This document shows positions 47,333-57,288 of a DNA stretch of 64,000 nucleotides, in pieces (position 1 is the stretch's first letter; the number at the start of each line of letters is the position of its first letter). Under the pieces are notes generated by a model. It ran no database searches. It saw only the letters and a program-made list of their open reading frames with translations, and was not told where the DNA came from. This stretch comes from Marispirochaeta sp. (GTDB lineage Bacteria; Spirochaetota; Spirochaetia; JC444; Marispirochaetaceae): positions 96,001-160,000 of the forward strand of contig CAXXFF010000004.1 of the NCBI GenBank assembly GCA_963676835.2, in the 5' to 3' direction. The position numbers and the translations under genes are program-made.

Positions 47333-48514
47333 CTATATAAAAAATCGAAGCAGGATAAAAATTGCTGACCCGTTGAGAACCAATGCGGCAAGAAACAGTG
47401 CTGCCGCGGCAATCTCTCTCAGCCGTGCGCCTGCAGCACAACGGCGGCTCAGATCGCCGGGATGACCGGGAATAAGAATGGACTCGGCAAAGGGATCTTC
47501 AACCCCGCCGCAGAAAGCAAAAAAACGCCGTTCCCGCAGTTCATGGGCTTTCAGGAGACGGGTTGTGCGTACTGCGAAGTCCGGACACTCCCGGCCTGTA
47601 CGGATCAGATCATCCCGGACTGTCACCCGGTACTCACTGCCGTCGGGCAGCCTGGTTGCCGCCCCTGCCCGGATCATTGATTCACTGAAAAACCGGCGCA
47701 CCGGCAGCATCAGGAGGTCCCGTTCCGCCCTCAGATAGCGCCCCGACCGCCAGATACGCCTGAAGAGAGAGTAGAAAAAGAGCCCCGGCGGGATAAAGGG
47801 GGCCGCAGGAAGCAGGCTCATGGTAAGTGCCATATGGGCAAAGAATAGATCCCTGGGAGTACGGAGGAAAATATAGGCCAGAATGAACAGAGTAAAGGAA
47901 GAGAGTGTTATGGACAGGGGGGTAAACTGGTTGAAGTATTCATTTCGCTGTCTCCCGGCCCATACTGCCCGGCGCAGCAGCATTGCAGGATCGCCGTCAT
48001 AAATCAGGACCAACAGCCCACTGCTCTCTTCCGCCTGAAACACCGGTCGTTCATTTTCATACATCAGGGTTCCCGCAACAAAGAGTCCGGTACCCTGAGG
48101 AAAGGAAGATATCTGCCTGCTTCTGGTATAGGCCGGTGGAATATCTGAAAAAGGGATCTCGTCCTGTTCAACCCGTATGCCCCTGGAGTCCTCAGTCTGA
48201 AGCTCACTCCCTGCGGAAAGGGTAAAGACAGAGATATCCGCGAGATCCACCTGAACCGAAAGTTTTCCGTTGGTTATCCAGATACGGTCATCCCCCCTGC
48301 CCGCCTCGATTCTTCCGAAAAAGCGGTATCGGCGGTTGGCGGTCTTTTCCCTCACAATTCGATAGGTCAGAATGGGATAGTCCATTGAAGCATAGAGGGC
48401 TTCCCGGAAAATACGCCACTGTCTGCGCACCCGGAAGGCTCCCAGAAGGGGGAAGAGAAAATATCCGGCAGATGCAATGCCGAGAATTATGAAGAGTTGA
48501 GCCACTTGTTGCAT
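47333..48514 (-). CDS. Hypothetical membrane protein
   Basis: 393-aa ORF with N-terminal, two central and one C-terminal hydrophobic segments; AVWAGRQRNEYFN. Confidence 0.75.
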   Translation of the reverse strand: MQQVAQLFIILGIASAGYFLFPLLGAFRVRRQWRIFREALYASMDYPILTYRIVREKTANRRYRFFGRIEAGRGDDRIWITNGKLSVQVDLADISVFTLSAGSELQTEDSRGIRVEQDEIPFSDIPPAYTRSRQISSFPQGTGLFVAGTLMYENERPVFQAEESSGLLVLIYDGDPAMLLRRAVWAGRQRNEYFNQFTPLSITLSSFTLFILAYIFLRTPRDLFFAHMALTMSLLPAAPFIPPGLFFYSLFRRIWRSGRYLRAERDLLMLPVRRFFSESMIRAGAATRLPDGSEYRVTVRDDLIRTGRECPDFAVRTTRLLKAHELRERRFFAFCGGVEDPFAESILIPGHPGDLSRRCAAGARLREIAAAALFLAALVLNGSAIFILLRFFI

Positions 48515-48546
48515 ACCCTGATAAAATGAACTATTCTTATCCTACC

Positions 48547-49215
48547 ATGGTGGAAAGAATTATTGTAGGCTCCCTGAGCACCAACGCATACATTTACTCG
48601 GAATGGAAAAAAGAGTGTCTTGTTGTTGATCCCGGCGGAAGCCTTGATCTGATTCTATCTCAGATGGCAATAAAAAACTTTGTTCCTCTGGGAATTGTCT
48701 GCACCCATGGCCATCTTGACCATATTGCAGCAGCATACGACCTGCAGCATCACTTCCGGGATAAAGATATTGAAGTTCCCATTGCAATCCATGAAGCCGA
48801 TGCCCGCTACCTCGGCGTTGAGGCGGACAAACGGCATCGTGCAAGCTTCAGTGAGCTTGGCATAAATATGGAGGATGTACTGGAGGGAGATGTGCCCCTT
48901 TTTCCCGAACCGGACATTATCCTGAAAGAGGGATCGCAGATTCTTGATTCCGGTCTGGTTGCCATCCATACACCCGGACACACTCCGGGCAGTATCTGTT
49001 TGTACTCGGAAACCCACGGGATTCTCTTTTCCGGAGACACCCTCTTTTTTGAAGGTATAGGCCGGACAGATCTCAGCGATGGTGACGGGAATGCAATTCT
49101 GTCCAGTATTAAAGAGAAGCTTTTAACCCTTCCCGATGAAACAAGGGTTTTTCCCGGTCACGGGCCCAGTACAACCATCGAGCGGGAAAAAAAGAATAAT
49201 CCTTTTATAGCTTGA
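48547..49215 (+). CDS. MBL-fold metallo-hydrolase (glyoxalase II / YcbL-like)
   Basis: VVDPG, THGHLDH, HTPGHTPG, FSGDTLF, PGHG; ATG 48547 lies just after TTGCAT-17-TATTCT. Confidence 0.92.
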   Translation: MVERIIVGSLSTNAYIYSEWKKECLVVDPGGSLDLILSQMAIKNFVPLGIVCTHGHLDHIAAAYDLQHHFRDKDIEVPIAIHEADARYLGVEADKRHRASFSELGINMEDVLEGDVPLFPEPDIILKEGSQILDSGLVAIHTPGHTPGSICLYSETHGILFSGDTLFFEGIGRTDLSDGDGNAILSSIKEKLLTLPDETRVFPGHGPSTTIEREKKNNPFIA

Positions 49216-49606
49216 AATCCGTAACGAGACCGGTAGCTCCCCCGAGACTCAGAAAGGGGTTGGTGTCTGCTTTAATGTAGGCAGCATGCAGCTTTTTCGA
49301 TAAATCCTGAATAAGAGCGTCCATACTTTTTTCAGACAATCCGGTCAGATCTTTTTCTGAAGGCAGCTTCATTGCCTCCCTGTTTTTCATCTTTACCAGA
49401 CGGTCAATAAGTGTATCGATTGTTCTCAGTTTTGATATGGGATAACCGCCGCCTGAAGGGTCGGGACGTCCGGAAACATGCTTGAACCGGGCATACAGCG
49501 CGTTGGCGCTGGAGACGGGAAGAGAAACCCTGCCGGAACCGCTGCTCCCCCGGATAACACTGGTGAGGGGGACTGTTCGATGTGTAGAAACTGATTGTAT
49601 AGCCAC
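49205..49606 (-). CDS. Hypothetical protein
   Basis: 133-aa ORF filling the gap after dksA; GTG start with AAGGGA upstream; LYARFKHVSG...ISKLRTIDTLI. Confidence 0.65.
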   Translation of the reverse strand: MAIQSVSTHRTVPLTSVIRGSSGSGRVSLPVSSANALYARFKHVSGRPDPSGGGYPISKLRTIDTLIDRLVKMKNREAMKLPSEKDLTGLSEKSMDALIQDLSKKLHAAYIKADTNPFLSLGGATGLVTDFKL

Positions 49607-49688
49607 CGGTTTTTCCCTTTTACTGCGAGACCCGCTATCGGGGCCTTACTTCATTTTCGGGAAAAAACGAAAGGCTGTTTAGAAAAAT

Positions 49689-50045
49689 CTACCTGTTTCG
49701 GCGTTCGTCCGAGCTTTTGCAGGCAATACACATAAGGGCATAAGGAATCGCTTCCAGCCGCTCTTTGGGTATAAGTTTATTGCAGCGCATACAAATTCCG
49801 TAACGCTCGTTCTTTATTCTGGAAAGGGCTGAATCTATAAGCCGGAGACGTTTTACATCGTTGGAGCTCAGTGTCTCGAGAGTTTTCCGGTCGATATCGT
49901 CTGCTGCTACATCAACCAGGTCCTTGGGATCCATATCATGCACGAGATTTTCAAAGTCCTGACTCTCGCTCATAAGGTTACTCACAATCTCTTCTTTCAG
50001 GGAAAAGAGCTTTTCCTTCATCTGGTCCACGAACGCTTTGTCCAT
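49689..50045 (-). CDS. dksA: DksA/TraR family C4 zinc-finger protein
   Basis: Coiled-coil tip DLVDVA (DxxDxA); ALSRI...YGICMRC...IPKERLEAIPYALMCIAC. Confidence 0.85.
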   Translation of the reverse strand: MDKAFVDQMKEKLFSLKEEIVSNLMSESQDFENLVHDMDPKDLVDVAADDIDRKTLETLSSNDVKRLRLIDSALSRIKNERYGICMRCNKLIPKERLEAIPYALMCIACKSSDERRNR

Positions 50046-50149
50046 ATGTCCTACCTTCGGTGTCCTGTGACGCAATATGGCAAGAGAATATGTAGCATAT
50101 GAGAAAAAAAGTCAAGCATATGACCTTTTCCGGGTAAAAACTCCTCACC

Positions 50150-50179
50150 TTGACAAAGAAAGCTGCAATATCCTACAAT
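50150..50179 (+). promoter_or_regulatory. Sigma70-like promoter of infA
   Basis: TTGACA (50150-50155), 18 nt, TACAAT (50174-50179). Confidence 0.55.
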
Positions 50180-50203
50180 TTCGTCATACTCACAGGAGGA
50201 AAC

Positions 50204-50422
50204 GTGGCTAAAGAGGAAGCAATTGAAGTAGAAGGTATCGTAAAGGAGTCTCTCCCGAATACAATGTTCAGGGTGGAGCTCCAGAATGGACACGTTATCC
50301 TTACCCATCTTTCCGGAAAAATGCGCAAGCACTACATCCGCATAGTTCCCGGCGATAAAGTCCGGGTTGCCCTCTCTCCCTATGATCTGACCAGGGGAAG
50401 AATCATCTACCGGGAACGCTGA
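50204..50422 (+). CDS. infA: Translation initiation factor IF-1
   Basis: AGGAGG SD plus [13 protein letters not shown]...[10 protein letters not shown]...[17 protein letters not shown]...[13 protein letters not shown]. Confidence 0.98.
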   Translation: MAKEEAIEVEGIVKESLPNTMFRVELQNGHVILTHLSGKMRKHYIRIVPGDKVRVALSPYDLTRGRIIYRER

Positions 50423-50434
50423 GTCCCGGTACAA

Positions 50435-50887
50435 TCACCGTAAAATAACCCAGACAGCTCCCTCTCCCCCCATTGCAGGCTGCGGCACACCGTGCTCGCC
50501 GCAGAGGGGAGATTCAGCTACAAAGCGGCGTACCTGCCTGCGAAGCACCGACTCCCCGGATTCGGAATGGTTTCCCTTGCCGTGAATAATAAGCACCTTT
50601 TTTAATCCCCGCTTCTTTGACCTTTTAAGAAACGCGGTCAACTCCCTGATCGCTTCTTCCTGAGTATACCCGTGCAGATCCAGGGTCTCCTGGGGAGCCA
50701 TACGGCGAATTGTCTTACGGGAAGGACTCTTGTGCCCCGGAAGGTGATAATCGTCATCTTTCTGTTCCGCAGGGTTATCTTCCAGCCAGCGGTCCATAAG
50801 ATTGCGGTATTCCTCCTTCCGGGTATCATTCTTTTTTTCTTCGCTTCCCTGTTTTTCCCAGGCATCGAGAATATCGCCGAAGCCCAT
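50435..50887 (-). CDS. Smr (small MutS-related) domain protein
   Basis: TLDLHGYT, IIHGKGNHS, GGEGAVWV. Confidence 0.92.
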   Translation of the reverse strand: MGFGDILDAWEKQGSEEKKNDTRKEEYRNLMDRWLEDNPAEQKDDDYHLPGHKSPSRKTIRRMAPQETLDLHGYTQEEAIRELTAFLKRSKKRGLKKVLIIHGKGNHSESGESVLRRQVRRFVAESPLCGEHGVPQPAMGGEGAVWVILR

Positions 50888-50888
50888 G

Positions 50889-52976
50889 CTACTCTTCTTT
50901 CTCTTTGCTCAGGGCTGTCTCTCCGCCCAGGGCGGTCTTCTCACCTTCCCCCAGGAGCTCTTTTTCAAAAATCAGGGAGTCCGTACTGATCCAGCCTTCT
51001 GCACCGTAGGCAGTCTGTACCAGACAGAATGTATCTGATTCCTGCCTGACTTTTACCGCCAGACCTTCGGGCAGCTCAACCCAGTCTCTGGCAGTACTGC
51101 GGGGAATGCGGTGACTGGTTACATCCGCCGCAATAACACCGAGTTTTTCCATGGAAACCAGCAGGCCGTGCAGAAGCAGACCACCGGAACAGATTGCCAG
51201 TGTTGCCATTAACAGACTCGCCAGAAGCAGATTAACCGGCCGTCTGAAAACCCGTAAAATGAGGGTCGCAAAAAACAGATTGTAAAAAACAAGCAGCAGA
51301 ACAAAGCTGATGTCGGGGTTAAAGAATTCGGGCAGCGGAAACTGGCGGATATACTCACCATTCCCCTGAATCTCCTCCATAAGGGCGGAAGTTTCGGGAT
51401 CGGAGATTCCTCTTCTGGCTGCTCCTAAAAGAGCAGTCATTGCGTAGCTGCGGTTTCCTGCTTCTTCATAACAGACTGCCAGATTGAAAAACAGGCGTCC
51501 GTTCTGCGGATTGTCCGACACAAGGTCCCGGTAGAGTTCCGCTGCTTCCGTAAACCGGTCTGCTACGGCTGCACTGTAGGCCATATCCGCCTGCTGCAGC
51601 AGATCCGTACCGGAGCCGGAACCGGTTAAAAAAAGCAGTAGCGGCAGAAGCAGCACCGGGGAGCCGTACATAAGCTTCTTTTTTCTTCTCCTCAGGAACA
51701 GAAGCAGAACCGGTCCGGGGACAAAGAGTGCATAAATCCACGGCAGGGTATAAAGCCTGTGGGGCTGGGTTTCAAGGAGTTCGTCCCGGGTGAAAAGCAA
51801 GCTTACGGGATTATATAAACCGGAGTCGGCAGCCGGGATTCCGCCGGGACTGATATCGATGGATAACCGGGATCCCGCAACAGCAACTTCCCGGTTATCG
51901 ACAGTATCCATACTGTAAAAGCCGGGAACCTCAATGGTATATGACCCTGTGCTGCCGGCTTCAAGGATGTAGGCTGTTTCCCGGAAGCCTTTATAGCCCC
52001 TCCGGGAAGGATTATATACATAATCCTCGCTGCTGCGTAAAAGGGTAAGTCCGCCGAAATCCGGTTCCGGCGGTGTAAGGTAGGCAAGATTCCCTTCCCC
52101 GCTTATTCTTACGGTAACGGTAATTTCATCCCCTTCCTCAGGATCATCAGGAAATACAGCGGTACTCATCTCAAACAAACCCACCGCACCGCTGGATGCG
52201 ACAGCTGATGGAAGAGGGAAAACATCGAGGGCAACAGCCGGTCCGGTGCCCCTCAGGTTTCCCGCAGTAACCGTCGCCTTATTAAGAAAAAACCTGCCAG
52301 GGCTGGTAGGAGTATAGAGATAACCCATCACAGGCACTGTATACAGGGTACTACCGCCGTATATTCGACTGCGGATCTCACCAAGTTCCGGGGCCTCTTC
52401 AAAAAACCCCCCGCTGGACGCGGAAACAGAGACACCTTCAGGAAGAATGATTTCCTCCTGATTTTCCACGACTATAACCACAGGAATTGTCTGCCCCTCA
52501 TAAACGGGCCCTTCCGGGTACTCCCAGTTTACTTCGAGAGGCAGAATCAGCTCACGGGACCTGTAAGTACCCACCCTGACAATAAAGGGTGCGGTTGTAT
52601 AACTGCTGCTGCCTACACTGTAGGGAATGCCGGGAAAAAGAATGCGTCCGGTCAGGGAAGAGCGCAGAATATAACTGACAGATGCGGCGGGATAGCTCGA
52701 TCCATCCTCCCGGGTTTCCACAACTCCCCGGATATAGGGACCGGCATAGAGCCGCACACCTTCGGGAAAATCCCAGTCTCCCGCATCTACAACAGAAGCC
52801 GAAGGGGTATCCACCACAAAGGAGATAGTGAACCTGTCATTCATCCCCACCGGATCAGGCAGAACTTCAACATTCAGCCCCTCTTCTGCACTGAGAAAAT
52901 GGAGTCCTGCACTGAGCAGGAGTATTACCAAGAAGGTTCCTGATCGTCGTCTTCCCCGTCTTTCTGGGATACCCAT
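50889..52976 (-). CDS. batD: BatD-like protein with fused BatE-like TPR/SH3 C-terminus
   Basis: Signal peptide, Ig-like repeats (VYEGQ, GAVGLF, ISGEGNL), TM, TPR (LFFNLAVCY), TMs, SH3-like LPEGLAVKV...EGWI. Confidence 0.75.
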   Translation of the reverse strand: MGIPERRGRRRSGTFLVILLLSAGLHFLSAEEGLNVEVLPDPVGMNDRFTISFVVDTPSASVVDAGDWDFPEGVRLYAGPYIRGVVETREDGSSYPAASVSYILRSSLTGRILFPGIPYSVGSSSYTTAPFIVRVGTYRSRELILPLEVNWEYPEGPVYEGQTIPVVIVVENQEEIILPEGVSVSASSGGFFEEAPELGEIRSRIYGGSTLYTVPVMGYLYTPTSPGRFFLNKATVTAGNLRGTGPAVALDVFPLPSAVASSGAVGLFEMSTAVFPDDPEEGDEITVTVRISGEGNLAYLTPPEPDFGGLTLLRSSEDYVYNPSRRGYKGFRETAYILEAGSTGSYTIEVPGFYSMDTVDNREVAVAGSRLSIDISPGGIPAADSGLYNPVSLLFTRDELLETQPHRLYTLPWIYALFVPGPVLLLFLRRRKKKLMYGSPVLLLPLLLFLTGSGSGTDLLQQADMAYSAAVADRFTEAAELYRDLVSDNPQNGRLFFNLAVCYEEAGNRSYAMTALLGAARRGISDPETSALMEEIQGNGEYIRQFPLPEFFNPDISFVLLLVFYNLFFATLILRVFRRPVNLLLASLLMATLAICSGGLLLHGLLVSMEKLGVIAADVTSHRIPRSTARDWVELPEGLAVKVRQESDTFCLVQTAYGAEGWISTDSLIFEKELLGEGEKTALGGETALSKEKEE

Positions 52977-53515
52977 CTGGACTCCTCCTTCCGTTTTATG
53001 TAATTAAGAATGCGGTCCACATCTTCATCGGCGGATGCAGACCGGTCAACCGCCCGGCCTTCCGCAGGCTCTTCGACGGCCGCCTTCTGGCTGCCCAGCT
53101 TCTGCAGTGACAGTTCCAGATTTCGTTTGGCGGCAACACTGTCGGGATTGATTATCAGCGCCTGCCTGAAAAAGCTGTAAGCCTGTTCATACTGACTCAT
53201 TTCATAATAGAGGTTGCCATGGTTGAAGAGGGTCCGGAAACGCAGTTCAGCGTCGGTGCCCTGCAGAGCAAGGGACCACTCTTCGTCGGCTGCGACGGTT
53301 TCACCCAGGGCATAGAAAACATTGCCCAGATTGTAATGAACCACCTCCTGGTCCTCCGGCTCATCTTCGAGCAAGCCAAGGTATTCAACCGTGGCATTCT
53401 GATATCTGCCGTTAATGAAATCATAATTACCCTTGATAATTCTCCAATGGGCACCCTGAGGAGAACATCCGGCGAGTCCGGCCATAAGCAGAAGGATCAG
53501 TAAACTCTTTTCCAT
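52925..53515 (-). CDS. batC: TPR protein, BatC-like (possible lipoprotein)
   Basis: LAGC lipobox-like; HYNLGNVFY, FNHGNLYY, AKRNLEL; position in the bat operon. Confidence 0.75.
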   Translation of the reverse strand: MEKSLLILLLMAGLAGCSPQGAHWRIIKGNYDFINGRYQNATVEYLGLLEDEPEDQEVVHYNLGNVFYALGETVAADEEWSLALQGTDAELRFRTLFNHGNLYYEMSQYEQAYSFFRQALIINPDSVAAKRNLELSLQKLGSQKAAVEEPAEGRAVDRSASADEDVDRILNYIKRKEESRWVSQKDGEDDDQEPSW

Positions 53516-54471
53516 CGAACCGTCCGTACGAGAAAATATACCAGCAGTGCCGCGAAGGCTATGAGCAGATAAACCCGGTAGGCGGGTTCTCTGGGGTGAC
53601 TGTATCGTACATTACCACCCTCAATGAGGTCTTCAATTTTGCGCATCAGCCCGGGATCGTTAAGAGAAAGAAACTCGCCGCCCGTTTCGGATGCAAGATA
53701 GTCCATCTCTTCCGGCATCAGCCGGGTTATTACCGCATTCCCCTGGCTGTCCTTGAGAAAGCCTCCACCTGCGGCAGGAACTCCTGCCCCTTCGGGAGTA
53801 CCCGCACCGAGGGTTATGAGGAGGATATCCTGCTCCTGCAGAGCAGTCAGAACCGTTGCAATGGAGGGGCCGAAGTTTTCTCCATCCGAAAAGAGCAGCA
53901 GCAGTTTGTCACTCTCAACGCCTGAGGGAAAAGCCTCCACCGCAGTTTTCAGCCCAGCTGCCAGATCAGATCCGCGGCTCGATATTGACCCCGGACCAAG
54001 GTTCTGCAGTACCGTCTCGAATAGAGCAAGATCTTCTGTGGCCGGAATCATTCTTGACCCGATGTTGGTAAACACAACCAGTCCGAACCGTGCCGTGCCG
54101 CCCCGGACGGCAAGAATATTACGCATTACCTCAAGGGAACGTTCAAGCCGGGTGGGAGAAGAGTCCGCTGCAAGCATACTGCGGGATAAATCGAGGGCAA
54201 ATATAATATCCCGGGACTCAACCGTACGAATCTCGGGTTTGCCCGGTTTTTCCGGTTCTGCGGCGGCAAAAACAAGAAAGACCGTAAAAACGGTTACTGC
54301 CATGGCGGTGAAAAACCATTTCACCGTAAATACATCCAGAAAATCAGATGCCCGCCATTTGCCGAGTATCCTGGAAAGATCATGCCGGCTGCGGCGGAAA
54401 TCTGCCAGCAGAAGCAGGCCGAGAGGAATTAGAAGGAGAAAAGCGAAGAAATATTCAGGCTTCTGAAACAT
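53497..54471 (-). CDS. batB: VWA domain protein, BatB-like
   Basis: DLSRSMLAAD...PTRLE (MIDAS), FSDGE, GTPEG. Confidence 0.8.
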   Translation of the reverse strand: MFQKPEYFFAFLLLIPLGLLLLADFRRSRHDLSRILGKWRASDFLDVFTVKWFFTAMAVTVFTVFLVFAAAEPEKPGKPEIRTVESRDIIFALDLSRSMLAADSSPTRLERSLEVMRNILAVRGGTARFGLVVFTNIGSRMIPATEDLALFETVLQNLGPGSISSRGSDLAAGLKTAVEAFPSGVESDKLLLLFSDGENFGPSIATVLTALQEQDILLITLGAGTPEGAGVPAAGGGFLKDSQGNAVITRLMPEEMDYLASETGGEFLSLNDPGLMRKIEDLIEGGNVRYSHPREPAYRVYLLIAFAALLVYFLVRTVRWKRVY

Positions 54472-54473
54472 CG

Positions 54474-55475
54474 TCAGCAGATCTCCTTTAAAATAAATTT
54501 TCGTAAAGTGAAGTGCAGGAGTACACAGATGCCTGCAGCAAGAAGAAATCCGTGATATACCGGAACCGTATCGGTTTTAACCTTGATACGCTTCTCCGTT
54601 ACCGCCAGTGAATCAATGGAACGGAAGACTGTCTCCAGGGCTCCCGGAGTTGCCGCGGAATAAAAGCGCCCTCCGGTTATATCGGCAATTTTTTTGAGAA
54701 GCTCCTCGTCGTAGGTACCGGAGAATACTCCGCGGAAGATTTTTCCTGTTTCGGGATCCTGGTATTCCCCGGGAATATTCCCGTCACTGCCGATACCGAT
54801 GGCATAGATGCTGATCCCCAGGGATGCTGCTATTTCCGCGGCACTGGAAGGAGTTATTTCTCCCGCATTGTTTTCTCCATCCGTAAGCAGAACAATTATC
54901 TTCTGCTCTGCACTGCTTTCTTTCAGGTGAAGAGCTGCAACGGCGAGCCCCATGCCTATGGACGTCCCCTTTCCGAGGCTCATAAGCTCAAGGTCATCCA
55001 GAGAGCTTATGTAGGCCCCGTAATCCAGCGTAGGCGGTACTTTGAGCGCAGCCTCATCAGAGAATACCACCAGTCCAACAGGATCATTTTCCCGGGAACG
55101 TATAAAAGAACGGATTACATTCCGGGCTGTATTGAAGCGGTTTTCCGGGTAGAAATCCTGGGCAGCCATACTGGGCGACTCATCCAGCACAAAGACAATA
55201 TCGATACCCCGGGTCAGGTAGACCCTCTCCTTGAGGATTCTGCCGGGCCCGGCCAATGCAAGGATCAGGCAGACAGCACCAAGCCAGAAAAAGAGCTCCG
55301 AAAGAAAACCGCCCAGCTTCAGAGAGAAAGGTACTTCGTCAAAGTAGTCTCCCCGCCAGACAGACAGGGTATAGGGCAAAGCCCCGCCGCGGTTCTTCCA
55401 GAAATAGGCAGCCCAGAGAGCCGGGGGGAAAAGAGCAAACAGGAGGAGGTACCCGGGGCTGTCAAATATCCACAT
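54474..55475 (-). CDS. batA: VWA domain protein, BatA-like
   Basis: GIDIVFVLDESPSMAAQDF, PPTLD, GTSIGMGL, LLTDGENNAG, IYAIGIG, TGGRFY; GGAGG SD before ATG 55475. Confidence 0.88.
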   Translation of the reverse strand: MWIFDSPGYLLLFALFPPALWAAYFWKNRGGALPYTLSVWRGDYFDEVPFSLKLGGFLSELFFWLGAVCLILALAGPGRILKERVYLTRGIDIVFVLDESPSMAAQDFYPENRFNTARNVIRSFIRSRENDPVGLVVFSDEAALKVPPTLDYGAYISSLDDLELMSLGKGTSIGMGLAVAALHLKESSAEQKIIVLLTDGENNAGEITPSSAAEIAASLGISIYAIGIGSDGNIPGEYQDPETGKIFRGVFSGTYDEELLKKIADITGGRFYSAATPGALETVFRSIDSLAVTEKRIKVKTDTVPVYHGFLLAAGICVLLHFTLRKFILKEIC

Positions 55476-56400
55476 CGGAAGCCTCCTCTTTTTCGCGTCC
55501 TTCGCCGGCGCGGAACTGTACTTCCATATCTGCAGAAAGTTCACGCAGACGCAGAAGGTCATCCCCTTTCTGGGCAGCTCCGGCCTCCCTACCTGCAAAT
55601 TTTATGGTATCCGCATACTCCAGAAAATGGATAAGCCGCATGGCCGAATCCTGTTGGGGAAAAATATCCAGCATGACCATACGTATTTCATGAATGGTTG
55701 TGGTTATGCAGTCAATGCCGGTACGCCTGCTTATATAGCTGCGGACCGCATCGGAAAGGGCATAGTAAAAATCCCGGTCGGGCATAATCAAGGTCTGGGA
55801 GGACAACTCTTTAAGATCACGCCGGAGCCTCCAGTAGGGACGCCTGCGGCTCAGGGTGAGAAACAGGGAATGGGTCCTGCGCCGCACAAAACCTGCAGAG
55901 GAGATGACAATTACCGGCCCGGCAAATACAAAAAAAGCAGTAATAAAAATCAGAAACAGGGTACCCGGCAGATAGAGCTGCCCCTGAAGTTCGGCAATCT
56001 CGCCGCTGTCATTCTCATCAAGGATAGAACTGGTATGTATCTTCATGCCTTTGAGGGTATAGCCCCGGAAGTTAACATCCGGCAGGGTTCGTGTTCCCGG
56101 CGCAAAGGAGGAGAAAAAGAGCCGAAGCTCAAGGGAATCTCCAACCTGCGCCACTGCGGCATCCCGGAAAACCATCCAGTCCGCCCTTGGCAGTGCGGCG
56201 GGAGAAAGAATGCTCTCACCGTCGGGATCGAGAACAACCCGCATCTCCACCGTGTCTCCCACAAAGTACTCCGGAGGGAGAAAGTGAACAGACATAACCC
56301 GGGGCTCTGCCTGAAGAGTCACTGCCGACAGGAGCAGCAGAGAAAGTGCCAGCAATACTTTAACCGCACCTCTCACCGCTTTTATTTCTGCAAGCCTCAC
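55462..56400 (-). CDS. Membrane protein of the bat operon
   Basis: Signal peptide, Ig-like region (YFVGD), TM, FYYALSDAVRSYI...ADTIKFA. Confidence 0.75.
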   Translation of the reverse strand: MRLAEIKAVRGAVKVLLALSLLLLSAVTLQAEPRVMSVHFLPPEYFVGDTVEMRVVLDPDGESILSPAALPRADWMVFRDAAVAQVGDSLELRLFFSSFAPGTRTLPDVNFRGYTLKGMKIHTSSILDENDSGEIAELQGQLYLPGTLFLIFITAFFVFAGPVIVISSAGFVRRRTHSLFLTLSRRRPYWRLRRDLKELSSQTLIMPDRDFYYALSDAVRSYISRRTGIDCITTTIHEIRMVMLDIFPQQDSAMRLIHFLEYADTIKFAGREAGAAQKGDDLLRLRELSADMEVQFRAGEGREKEEASDVDI

Positions 56401-57272
56401 CGGTTCCGCCTCCTGTTCTTGAAGAAGGCAAGAACCTTTGCCACAGGATCATCCTGGGTATCCACAGAAAGAACCTCGATGTTGCGCTTTCTGCACTCCC
56501 TGCGGAAGAGAATCTCCTGGGTATCCCAGAAATCCGCATAGGCCTCCCGGAATGCCTTGTTGCCACCGGCGGCCCGTATGGTGTTTCCCCGCTCCGGATC
56601 CCGGAGAAGCACGCTTCCTTTGATGGGAATCTCCGTATCGCCCCTGTCGGTTACCCGGACAGCGATAACATCGTGTTTTCTGGAAAGCAGGGTCAGCTCG
56701 GTCCAGCCCGAGGCTGTACGGAAGTCTGAGAACACAACACAGATACCCCGGGAATGGAGACTTTCGTAGACAGTTTTCAGGGCTACACCAAGTTCACTGC
56801 CGAAGCCTTTGGCCCGGAGGGATTCCATATCCTGAATAAGACTGGCCACATGCTTGCGGCCCTTGGAAGGGGGCACCCATTTTTCAATCCGGTCGGAAAA
56901 AAAGACTCCCCCTACCCTGTCGTTATTATGAACCGCTGCAAAGGCGAAAATGGCCCCGAGAATCATGGCCATATCCCGTTTGCTCATTTCGCCGGTGCCC
57001 TGATCCAGGGAAGCGGAAATATCAAAAACCAGATTAAGTATCAGTTCCCGTTCTTCCCGAAAGGTCTTGGCGTAGGCGCTTCCCATGCGGGAGGAGACAT
57101 TCCAGTCTATGGTACGGATATCATCACCGTCGGTATATTCCCGCACCTCATCGAACTCAAGGCCGGGACCGCGGAAAACGGAGCGGTAGTTTCCCGCAAA
57201 CAGCCCTTCAAGGAGCCTGGCACTTACAAGAGGTAAATTTCGTATTCGCTGAAAGAGATTCTCTTTTTCCAT
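56397..57272 (-). CDS. DUF58 domain protein
   Basis: YRSVFRGPGLEFDEVREYTDGDDIRTIDWNVSSR, FREEREL, FSDF. Confidence 0.93.
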   Translation of the reverse strand: MEKENLFQRIRNLPLVSARLLEGLFAGNYRSVFRGPGLEFDEVREYTDGDDIRTIDWNVSSRMGSAYAKTFREERELILNLVFDISASLDQGTGEMSKRDMAMILGAIFAFAAVHNNDRVGGVFFSDRIEKWVPPSKGRKHVASLIQDMESLRAKGFGSELGVALKTVYESLHSRGICVVFSDFRTASGWTELTLLSRKHDVIAVRVTDRGDTEIPIKGSVLLRDPERGNTIRAAGGNKAFREAYADFWDTQEILFRRECRKRNIEVLSVDTQDDPVAKVLAFFKNRRRNR

Positions 57273-57288
57273 ATCCTCTGCCGCGGAA

